A program made the translations under genes and the position numbers. Shown piece by piece: positions 23,597 to 31,257 of a stretch of DNA of 32,000 nucleotides. The notes under the pieces were generated by a model that was given only the letters and a program-made list of their open reading frames with translations, was not told the DNA's origin and searched no databases. Positions within the stretch are counted from its first letter, which is position 1, and each line of letters starts with the position of its first letter. Source of the stretch: Pyrodictium abyssi. Its GTDB lineage: Archaea > Thermoproteota > Thermoprotei_A > Sulfolobales > Pyrodictiaceae. The DNA lies in contig NZ_AP028907.1 of the NCBI RefSeq assembly GCF_036323395.1, positions 2,010,001 through 2,042,000 of the forward strand, read 5' to 3'.

Positions 23597-24822
23597 CGGC
23601 GCGAGTGAATCTCCACTATGTCGCCGTCCTCCAGCACGTGGTCCAGGCCAACCCTCTCCCCGGGATACTTGGCGGAGGGGCCCCACACCTTCGCGTACTC
23701 GAAGTACTCTAGCAGGTCACTGTGTATCTTCGTAGCGAGGTCACGCACAGTGGCACCGCGGCGCAGCACCACTGGGGTTTTGCTCGGCTCGCTGTTAGGC
23801 CTCTTCGTGTAGACCCTTATCACGTCGAGGCGGCGGAAGAGAAGCTCGCCTAGCTTATCCAGGTTGTAGCCGGTCCGGGCGGAGACCGGGAGCAGCCAGA
23901 CGCTCTTCTCTCGCCTCCCGGCGAGGTACTCGTAGAGCCTACGGTAGCTCTCGGCAGCGCCCGGCACGTCGGCCTTATTAGCCAGGACTATGGCTGGACG
24001 GTAGACGCTACTCCGCAGCACAGCCATCTCGATGTCGTCTAGCGTCACCTCACCCTCTATGTAGACCTTGGCCCTGTATATCCTGTAGCGGGATAGGACC
24101 CTCTCGACATCCTTGACCGTGCCGTCTAGTATCCTCCCGGTGCCCAGCACTTGTACGCCGTGCTCGCCGCCCTTCTCTATACGCACAGTACCCCGTGGCT
24201 TCTCTATGAACACTCCGTGCTCGGCTAGGATGTCCCTCACGAGCTTGTACTGCTCCAGGGCGTCCTCCTCTAGGCTCACGACGACTATCACGGCGTCAGC
24301 GTTACGCGCTATACCAGCTATACGGGGTATATACTGTGGCGCGTCCTCGGAGAGAGGAGGAGTATCGACAAGCTGGAAGTAGATATCCTTGTAGGGCAGC
24401 ATGCCGGGCGTGGGCAGGGTCGTAGCGAAGGGGTAGTCGGCTACACGGGTCCTTGCCCCGGTAAGCCGGTGTACCAGTAGGCTCTTCCCCGTGTTAGGCG
24501 GCCCTATGACAGCTATCTGCGCCGCCCCCTCCTTCTCGATGAATATCCGCGGCCCGCCGCCCCCCTTCTTCTTCCTCCTCTGCTCCTCTAGCTCCTCACG
24601 TAGCTCTGCTAGGCGGCGCTTAGCCCATAGTAGGAGGTTCTCCACGCCCTTATGCTTCGGCACAGCCGAGAGGAACTCTTCGAGGGCCTTTATCTTGTCC
24701 TCGATGGTCTTGGCCTCAGAGTACTTTGCAAGCTTAGCCTGCGCCTCTGGCGGCAAGTTGGCTGGCACTGCTGCGTCCCCCTCCCGGCGTCTCCGTGCCA
24801 GGGCCTCCAGAGCCTCAGCCAA
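23593..24822 (-). CDS. DRG/Rbg-type OBG-family GTPase with C-terminal TGS domain
   Basis: G1 motif VIGPPNTGKS, G2 region ADYPFATTLPTPG, and G4 motif NKAD. The TGS tail is IRVYTKRP...VWGPSAKYPGERVGLDHVLEDGDIVEIH. Confidence 0.85.
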   Translation of the reverse strand: MAEALEALARRRREGDAAVPANLPPEAQAKLAKYSEAKTIEDKIKALEEFLSAVPKHKGVENLLLWAKRRLAELREELEEQRRKKKGGGGPRIFIEKEGAAQIAVIGPPNTGKSLLVHRLTGARTRVADYPFATTLPTPGMLPYKDIYFQLVDTPPLSEDAPQYIPRIAGIARNADAVIVVVSLEEDALEQYKLVRDILAEHGVFIEKPRGTVRIEKGGEHGVQVLGTGRILDGTVKDVERVLSRYRIYRAKVYIEGEVTLDDIEMAVLRSSVYRPAIVLANKADVPGAAESYRRLYEYLAGRREKSVWLLPVSARTGYNLDKLGELLFRRLDVIRVYTKRPNSEPSKTPVVLRRGATVRDLATKIHSDLLEYFEYAKVWGPSAKYPGERVGLDHVLEDGDIVEIHSRR

Positions 24823-24942
24823 TAACAGACCACAGGAGCCGCTAGAGCCCTATATCCCTGACACGTGGAGGGCCAAAGACCCCAGAGGGTTTATAGTAAG
24901 CTATGCGGTAGCCCCGAAGGCCCGGAACCCGGTGAAAGAGCT

Positions 24943-25479
24943 ATGCCACGGACACGGCGGCAGCGCAGTAAGATAGTCGCCTTAGCCCTGGCAGGCTTCT
25001 TCATAGTACTCCTCTTCCTCGAGGTAGTAGCGATATTCTCACCAGCACTAATGGGCATATTCCGGGGCAAGACCCACAGCTATAGCGTAGTAGTGTTCGC
25101 GCCGCCGAGCATGGAGCAGCAAGCGGCCCAAGTGGCCAAGGACGTTGCTAGCCGTCTTGGTGTCGAGAACTACCGTGTCGAGCCAGTGGAGACCAACACT
25201 ACATCAGGATTAATGTCCATAGTACTGTTCGATAACAACGAGCCCGTACTGGTGCTCTTCACGAGCAGCACCCAGGGCGTAGGAGAGACAGTCTACCAGA
25301 TAGCCACACAACTACTACCCCGTGTACCAAGCAACGCAACACTGCTCTACGCTGGCAGCGCCGGGTCATTCCTACTGCCCAAGAACACGACACTAGTAGA
25401 GGAGTTCGTCAAGGACGTCATATCATCACAGCCGCCCCACGGCAGTACCCCGACAGAGACGAACACGGCGCAGGGGTAG
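24943..25479 (+). CDS. Hypothetical membrane-anchored, probably extracytoplasmic protein
   Basis: ORF 24865-25479. ATG 24943 (MPRTRRQRSK), with GGTGA upstream, is followed by a TM helix (IVALALAGFFIVLLFLEVVAIF). Three N-x-S/T sequons are present (NTT, NAT, NTT). I recognise no family. Confidence 0.5.
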   Translation: MPRTRRQRSKIVALALAGFFIVLLFLEVVAIFSPALMGIFRGKTHSYSVVVFAPPSMEQQAAQVAKDVASRLGVENYRVEPVETNTTSGLMSIVLFDNNEPVLVLFTSSTQGVGETVYQIATQLLPRVPSNATLLYAGSAGSFLLPKNTTLVEEFVKDVISSQPPHGSTPTETNTAQG

Positions 25480-25629
25480 AGAAGCCCCAGCATCCGGGGT
25501 GAGCCCAGGCCCCCGGGGGCTTGTCCTGGTCTGCGCCAGAGACTATACCCAGTCTAGAGAGCTTGCATAGCCGGGCCCAGCAGTAGCCAGTACCACGGCG
25601 AGCGTGGGTCAGTGAGGTAGTAGAACGGC

Positions 25630-27036
25630 ATGGGAGGAAACAGAGGCGGCGACATCTCTAGACTAAGAGAGCGCGTACTCCACACAGAGAACCTGCCACG
25701 GCTACTACTATGGCTAGCAGCGCCGCTCATCGTGTCCGGGAGCGTCGAAGCCCTATACCAGGTAGTGGACACCTTCTGGCTCTCCAGGCTGGGCAGTGCA
25801 GCACTAGGCACGCCCATTGTGTCGTGGCCCTACCGCGGCATACTCGGAAGCGTAGGCTTTGGCCTAGCCAGCTCGGTATCGGCGCTAGCAGGCCAGTACA
25901 TAGGAGCTGGACGCTTCGACCGGGCGTCACGCGTTGTTGGCAGCATCCTGGGAATACTGCTGGCTATAGGCATACCGGCATCACTCGTCCTCGCTGCAGG
26001 CCTTAACATCTACCTAGAGGCTATGAAGGTCCCAGACGACATACGTCCCCTGGCAGCTGTGTACATAACGGTGACAGTACTAACGATACCGCTGACCTAC
26101 ATATACATGGTGTTCTCGTTCGCACTTGCAGCAGCAGGAAACACGCGAACACCTACAAAGATAAGCATAGCCTCGACGGTGACCAACGCTGTACTGGACC
26201 CAATACTCATCTTCTGGGCCGGCATGGGCGTGCTAGGCGCGGCGCTTGCCACTGCAGCAGCGACAGCGCTCTCGGCAGGCTACGCGGTCTACAGCTTCGC
26301 TACGGGGCGGCACGGCTACTACATAAGGCCAACAGACCTAGCCCCCGAGAAGAGCCTCCTGCCTACAATCCTCCGGGTCTCGGGGCCACTCGTAGCCCAG
26401 AGGCTCGGCACAAACCTCGGCTTCGTGTTCATGGTCAGGATAATATCCGGGCTATCGACACCAGTAGTGGCAGCCTACTCCATAGGCCAGGTGATACTGA
26501 ACATAGACCATGTGATAGTAATGCCAATAGTGCGCGCAACCGGAATCGTGGTGGCTCAGAGCCTCGGAGCTGGCATGACACGGCGGAGCCGCCGCACAGT
26601 ACTAGCAGGAGGCCTCATCATAGCCGGAGCGACCCTAGCCTACATAGCAGTGCTCCTAATCCTACGCGACCGGTTCATATCCCTCTTCACCAGCGACCCA
26701 CAGGTAGCAGCCGCAGCAAGGAACATGCTAACAATATTCGCCCCAAGCATCATAGGCTTCAACATGTTCATGCTAGCAAACGTCGTGGCAAGGTCAAGCG
26801 GCCACACAGTATTCATGTCGCTCCTGGGCATAGCCAGGCTATGGCTGCTCCGTGTACCGCTATCCTGGCTACTAGCATACCGCCTAGGACTCGGCGACCG
26901 CGGGCTCTGGACAGGAATGGCGATAAGCAACTACGTGACCGGGGCAATAGCGCTAGCCTGGCTCGCGAAGAGAAACTGGGCCAAAGCAGTAATAGACAAG
27001 TCGGTCATAATGTCGGCGGGCATAGGCGGTAAGTAG
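25630..27036 (+). CDS. MATE-family efflux transporter
   Basis: 468 aa with about 12 TM helices. The N-terminal LLWLAAPLIVSGSVEALYQVVDTFWLSRLGSAALG pattern is typical of MatE repeats, and the protein shows an internal two-fold repeat. Confidence 0.85.
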   Translation: MGGNRGGDISRLRERVLHTENLPRLLLWLAAPLIVSGSVEALYQVVDTFWLSRLGSAALGTPIVSWPYRGILGSVGFGLASSVSALAGQYIGAGRFDRASRVVGSILGILLAIGIPASLVLAAGLNIYLEAMKVPDDIRPLAAVYITVTVLTIPLTYIYMVFSFALAAAGNTRTPTKISIASTVTNAVLDPILIFWAGMGVLGAALATAAATALSAGYAVYSFATGRHGYYIRPTDLAPEKSLLPTILRVSGPLVAQRLGTNLGFVFMVRIISGLSTPVVAAYSIGQVILNIDHVIVMPIVRATGIVVAQSLGAGMTRRSRRTVLAGGLIIAGATLAYIAVLLILRDRFISLFTSDPQVAAAARNMLTIFAPSIIGFNMFMLANVVARSSGHTVFMSLLGIARLWLLRVPLSWLLAYRLGLGDRGLWTGMAISNYVTGAIALAWLAKRNWAKAVIDKSVIMSAGIGGK

Positions 27037-27174
27037 CAACTTTACATAAGCTGGGCGTGTCATGAACCTCCTACAAGACTCTGAAATATGTAGGCCAAGC
27101 CAACACGTTAGCGCACCGCAAAGCCCGGGGCCGCCGAGGCCTGCTGCGTCTTGTCTCAGCAAGTGCCACTGCAT

Positions 27175-27193
27175 AATAGTTGATAATACTATT
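27175..27193. promoter_or_regulatory. Inverted repeat AATAGT-N7-ACTATT in the AT-rich spacer upstream of the C11 protease gene
   Basis: AATAGT (27175-27180), TGATAAT, then ACTATT (27188-27193). It also reads as an ATAATA direct repeat. It lies 56-74 nt upstream of ATG 27249. Confidence 0.2.
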
Positions 27194-27225
27194 GACTCTA
27201 AGCCTTGGAGCGTAGACACGTAGAG

Positions 27226-27231
27226 TTTAAT
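27226..27231 (+). promoter_or_regulatory. TATA-like element (TTTAAT) upstream of the C11 protease gene
   Basis: TTTAAT lies 18-23 nt upstream of ATG 27249 and 24-29 nt upstream of the in-frame ATG 27255. The spacing suits a leaderless mRNA starting at the second ATG. Confidence 0.25.
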
Positions 27232-27248
27232 GAAGCGATGGGTGTACA

Positions 27249-29747
27249 ATGGTCATGGATAACAAACATGTGCTTATCCCTATACTTGCAGCCATTTTGG
27301 CAACACTCCTCTCAGCAATACTAGTAGACTATATGCTATACAAGAGCATGGAAGCACTTTCTGCACGCGTTATCGGCGTCGAAGAAGCAAATAAAGACCT
27401 CCGAGCCAATGTGAAGGAGACCCTCCAGAGGCTTGAAGAGGTAACAACGCGAATAGACTCTATTAACGAAAAGCTTGCTAACTTGGAGTCCAGTATAGAC
27501 ACCGTGAATAAGAACACGCAAACCTCGATAAAGGAGATAGAGAGTAGTATGGAGAAGGCATTAACAAGCATCAAGGTAGAGCTGCAAAAGCTAGCCGGCT
27601 CTATAGGAGCCCTAAAGAACCAGCTAGAAGATCTCAAAGAGAATGTGTCTAGGCTAGAAGAATCCGACAAGACGCTCTCCACGGCGGTCGCTAGCCTACA
27701 ACAACAGCTCTCCAAGCTAGAGAAGCAAGTAGCCAGTATCACAGATATGCTGGCCATGCTGCAGCAAGAGGTCACAGAGCTAGGCAGACAAGCCAGCTTT
27801 AACACGGAGAAGATAGCTGATCTCGAAGACCGGCTCTCAACGATACAATCGATGCTATCTAGTCTCAGCCAGGAGGTAGCAGCTCTCAGAAACACCACAG
27901 CCAGCCTAGCAGAGCGCATAGATAAGCTCAACGCAGTGAGCACAGCGGCTAACGAGACCGTTACTATGGCTGGAAACGAGACGGCGGCGAAGACGCTAAA
28001 ATGGCTCATACTGGTATACATGGCCGCTGATAACAATCTGGAGCACTACGCGATAGAAGACCTCAACGAGATGGAAGAGGTAGGCTCAACCAGCGACGTT
28101 GCAGTGGTAGCGCTTATCGACAGAGCCAAAGGCTTTGATGAAAGCAATGGTGGCTGGACCAGTACCCGCGTATACCTCGTCACGAGAGACAATGACCCAA
28201 ACACAATAGGCTCAAAGCTACTCCTAGACCTAGGCGAGCAGAGCACCAACGACCCACGTCTACTCAGGTGGTTCGTAGAAAACATGACGGCAAGGTTCCC
28301 GGCTAGGCACGTCCTACTGGTGCTCTGGAACCACGGCGCCGGGATCCTAGGTGGATTCGCAGTCGACATGGATTCCAGGCTCGGCGTCAAGACCATGGAT
28401 GTGATGGAGATAGCTAACGCGCTCCGCGGCCTCAAGGTGGACATTATAGGGTTTGATGCGTGCCTCATGGGAGGCTACGAGGTGGCTTACTACCTGCAGC
28501 ACGTAGGCAAGATAATGGTAGCCTCTGCCGACACTGAGCCGCTAGAGGGCTGGCCCTACAAGGACATACTAGAGTACATAGCAAGCAACCCTGACGCGAG
28601 CGAGGCCGAGGTTGCAGCAAGCATAGTACGGCTCTACGGCAAGAGCCTGGCAGAATCAGGTATGCCGGCTACCCTCATCGCACTAAACCTTACGGCTTTG
28701 CAGTCGGTGAACGAGGGGATAGCAGCGCTATCGTACTACGTCTACATGCAGGAGGATGTATGGGCTCTAGCCCGCGCCATGGATGCAGCCGTGATGTACC
28801 CTCTCTCCGACCAGTACATGCTGTTCCTGGTGGGCGCTGCACAGTACGGCTACATAGACCTATACAACACGCTCGTTGTCGCTTACCAGCTAGCAACAGA
28901 GCGCACAAGGACAGTAATAGGGCAGCTAATAGCGGCTCTGGAGAATGCAGTAATAGCAAGCTACACTAACACGGACTCGCCCATGGTGCTCGGCCTCTCC
29001 GCCATGGGGCGTGAGTCGCTATACTCGCTCACCGCTGAAGCCTACAATAAGACCTTGTGGGAGGCCCTCGCTACCCCATGGAGCAGCCTAGTAGACAAAG
29101 TAGACTCTATACTGCTACAGGACTATGAGCCACCCCGCGTCTCCGTGGAGACGGCTGAGACCGCTAACGGGCTAGAAGTACGCGTTAGGGCGGAGTCGCA
29201 GGACATATCCGGCATATACCTCGAGATACGCAGCACCGACAACATTACGCTTAACATAGTACCGCTTACACTAGACACAAGTATAGGAGCCGGAAGCGAG
29301 CATATACCATTATGGCTCAATGGCTCCGTGTCGAGCTACATGTGGAGTGGTTCTGTATACCAGCTGGTATCCGGGGGTGCGGCCCACCCGTCGACAGTAG
29401 TGATCGACACAGCCACCGGGCTAGGCATAGTACCCGGCGTGTACCGCGACACAGCCATGGACTACACGGCGCTGGCAGTCATGTTCTTCAACACGTCTAC
29501 GGGAGAACCGCTGTATGCCGTGGACGCTGAGAACACGCTACTCCTAGAGTTGACGGACTCCTCTGAGTTCCTACCATTCGTGCTGACGCCCATGGGGTGG
29601 TTCCATACAAGCGGTTACCTGCCGGTGAGTGGGCTCCGCCTGGAACCAGTAGAACCAGACATGCTGGGCATCAAGCTCGACATGTACCTTGTAGCCGTGG
29701 ATCTCGCAGGCAACGTGGCTGAGGAGCTGCTGTACAACATGGCGTAG
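27249..29747 (+). CDS. Membrane-anchored coiled-coil protein fused to a clostripain-type (peptidase C11) cysteine protease domain
   Basis: TM helix VLIPILAAILATLLSAILVDYMLY, then a ~200-aa heptad-rich, Pro-free segment. C11 hallmarks follow: WLILVYMAADNNLE, His context LVLWNHGAG, Cys context IIGFDACLMGG, and ASADTEPLEGWPY. The C-terminal ~270 aa are beta-rich. There are 10 N-x-S/T sequons. Confidence 0.8.
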   Translation: MVMDNKHVLIPILAAILATLLSAILVDYMLYKSMEALSARVIGVEEANKDLRANVKETLQRLEEVTTRIDSINEKLANLESSIDTVNKNTQTSIKEIESSMEKALTSIKVELQKLAGSIGALKNQLEDLKENVSRLEESDKTLSTAVASLQQQLSKLEKQVASITDMLAMLQQEVTELGRQASFNTEKIADLEDRLSTIQSMLSSLSQEVAALRNTTASLAERIDKLNAVSTAANETVTMAGNETAAKTLKWLILVYMAADNNLEHYAIEDLNEMEEVGSTSDVAVVALIDRAKGFDESNGGWTSTRVYLVTRDNDPNTIGSKLLLDLGEQSTNDPRLLRWFVENMTARFPARHVLLVLWNHGAGILGGFAVDMDSRLGVKTMDVMEIANALRGLKVDIIGFDACLMGGYEVAYYLQHVGKIMVASADTEPLEGWPYKDILEYIASNPDASEAEVAASIVRLYGKSLAESGMPATLIALNLTALQSVNEGIAALSYYVYMQEDVWALARAMDAAVMYPLSDQYMLFLVGAAQYGYIDLYNTLVVAYQLATERTRTVIGQLIAALENAVIASYTNTDSPMVLGLSAMGRESLYSLTAEAYNKTLWEALATPWSSLVDKVDSILLQDYEPPRVSVETAETANGLEVRVRAESQDISGIYLEIRSTDNITLNIVPLTLDTSIGAGSEHIPLWLNGSVSSYMWSGSVYQLVSGGAAHPSTVVIDTATGLGIVPGVYRDTAMDYTALAVMFFNTSTGEPLYAVDAENTLLLELTDSSEFLPFVLTPMGWFHTSGYLPVSGLRLEPVEPDMLGIKLDMYLVAVDLAGNVAEELLYNMA

Positions 29748-29777
29748 AAAACCAGAGAATAATCTAGCCCACTCTTT

Positions 29778-30467
29778 TCAGCCGTTTCTCTTCCACGTGT
29801 AGGAGTGCTCTAGTATGAAGTAGGCTGCGTCGAGCAGGTCTTCTGCCACGTAGTCTGCCTCCTCGACCACGTGGTTGTCGTGCGGGTTCACGGCTATGGC
29901 TAGGCAGGCCTCCCTCATGCCCCGTAGGTCCCAGCGGCTATCGCCGACGAAGGCTACCTCCCTCATACTGTAGCCGAGCTTACGGGCTAGGGACAGTACG
30001 GCGCGGTCCTTGCGGTCGGCCTCTAGCCGCGGCTCGCCTCCGGGGACGAGGCGGCCCCAGGGGTCGAAGGCTAGCGCAGGCGAGACCCAGTACTTTATGC
30101 CGAGCTCCCGTGCGACGCGAGACACTACGACGTCTACCCCGCCGCTTACTAGCGCGGATTCTATCCCGGCCTCCCTGAGTATGCGTACAGCCTCGTAGGC
30201 GTCGCGGTTTATGGGTACGCTGGAGAAGAGCTCCTCTAGGTCCCACCGGGTTATACCGGGCATAGCCTCTATCCACGCGAGCGTGTCGAGGAACATCCAC
30301 TCCCAGTAGCCTATCTTGCCCTCCATGAAGAGGCGGTAGTTCAGCTCGCTCTCTCTGGTCGTGCCGGCGCGCTCGTGTATGTAGCCCCAGCTGCTGCGTA
30401 TAGGCAGTATGACCCCGTCCACGTCGAAGGCTACGAGCCTTATCCGGCACCTACTGGGCTCGTGCAA
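29778..30467 (-). CDS. HAD-superfamily hydrolase (phosphoserine-phosphatase-like, subfamily IB)
   Basis: Motif I VAFDVDGVILP, motif II ALVSGG, and motif III K...FVGDSRWDL. Confidence 0.8.
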   Translation of the reverse strand: MHEPSRCRIRLVAFDVDGVILPIRSSWGYIHERAGTTRESELNYRLFMEGKIGYWEWMFLDTLAWIEAMPGITRWDLEELFSSVPINRDAYEAVRILREAGIESALVSGGVDVVVSRVARELGIKYWVSPALAFDPWGRLVPGGEPRLEADRKDRAVLSLARKLGYSMREVAFVGDSRWDLRGMREACLAIAVNPHDNHVVEEADYVAEDLLDAAYFILEHSYTWKRNG

Positions 30468-30513
30468 TGCCCGCCCCTCTACCCCTCCCCGTGGCCCCTA
30501 TGCGCCCAGCTCT

Positions 30514-31257
30514 ATGTGGCTGCCGCTACGCGTATCAAAGGGAGCCGGGCCCGCCTCTAGCCCCTGGAGGCGCGTAGCAGCCGTGAACCCCCTGCTTGCC
30601 GTCCTCGTCCTCGCCCTAGTCTCGCTCCAGCTCCCCGCAGCTACAGACGCGCAGGACACGCCAGGCCCCGGAGACTACGCGGTCTACAGCGTCGAGGCGA
30701 GCACCGGCGTAAAGCTGCAGGTGAGGGTGGACATACTTGATGCGGACGACGAGGGCTTCCTGGTAGAGACCCGCGTGGTGAATGCGAGCGGCGTAGGAGA
30801 CCCAGTAGCCAGGCTCTTAGCCGGCGGGCTCGAAGGGAGGCACCGCATCCCCCGCGGCAACCGGGTAAACATGACAGCGCTTGTCATGCTCGGGGCGGGG
30901 CCCGGTATACTCTACGTGGACCCCGGTAGCCTCCCAAATGGAGGTGTGGTGGAGAAGAGCCTCCGGTTCATGGGGGCGAAGCTAAGGATACGTGCAGCGT
31001 GGGACACAGGGAGCGGCTGGCTAAAGGCACCTAGCGGCCGATATCCGGGGTGCATCGAGGCGGCCCTACAGGCTCGAGGTAAGGCTCGTAGACTCCAGCT
31101 TCATGGACGCCACGAGGCCAACAAGCACCGGGTATTAATCCCTCCACAGCCTATACCTAACACGTATAGTGGAGGTAAGCCGCTTCCATGTCTACCCGTG
31201 TCTCCCGCTCCATCGCCCCCGTGGCCGTTAGCCTCCCCGGGAGCCTCTCCGGCGTAG
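30514..31257 (+). CDS. Hypothetical secreted protein (3' end doubtful, possible frameshift)
   Basis: Signal-like RRVAAVNPLLAVLVLALVSLQLPAATDAQD followed by a beta-rich body with NAS and NMT sequons. The start is ATG 30514 or GTG 30583; the track start 30409 overlaps the divergent HAD gene. The last ~70 codons are Pro/Arg-rich and overlap the next gene. Confidence 0.45.
   Translation: MWLPLRVSKGAGPASSPWRRVAAVNPLLAVLVLALVSLQLPAATDAQDTPGPGDYAVYSVEASTGVKLQVRVDILDADDEGFLVETRVVNASGVGDPVARLLAGGLEGRHRIPRGNRVNMTALVMLGAGPGILYVDPGSLPNGGVVEKSLRFMGAKLRIRAAWDTGSGWLKAPSGRYPGCIEAALQARGKARRLQLHGRHEANKHRVLIPPQPIPNTYSGGKPLPCLPVSPAPSPPWPLASPGASPA

Noticed and set aside
25482-25522. GC-rich hairpin AAGCCCC...GGGGCTT immediately after the 24943-25479 gene
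   Set aside because: It is a real inverted repeat (7-bp outer stem). However, similar GC-rich palindromes occur in several spacers here (for example GGGCTAGCCC after 22990), and it has no T-tract. There is not enough to call it a terminator or a special element.
26953-27249. 98-aa minus-strand ORF spanning the MATE 3' end and the AT-rich spacer
   Set aside because: It overlaps the MATE coding end, has no motif and an odd composition. The spacer is better explained as the promoter/operator region of the C11 gene.
27329-28036. 235-aa antisense ORF opposite the coiled-coil region of the C11 protease gene
   Set aside because: It is Ser/Leu/Ala-rich and low-complexity. It is the mirror of a heptad-repeat coding region that happens to lack stops in that frame. 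The sense-strand gene has strong domain evidence.
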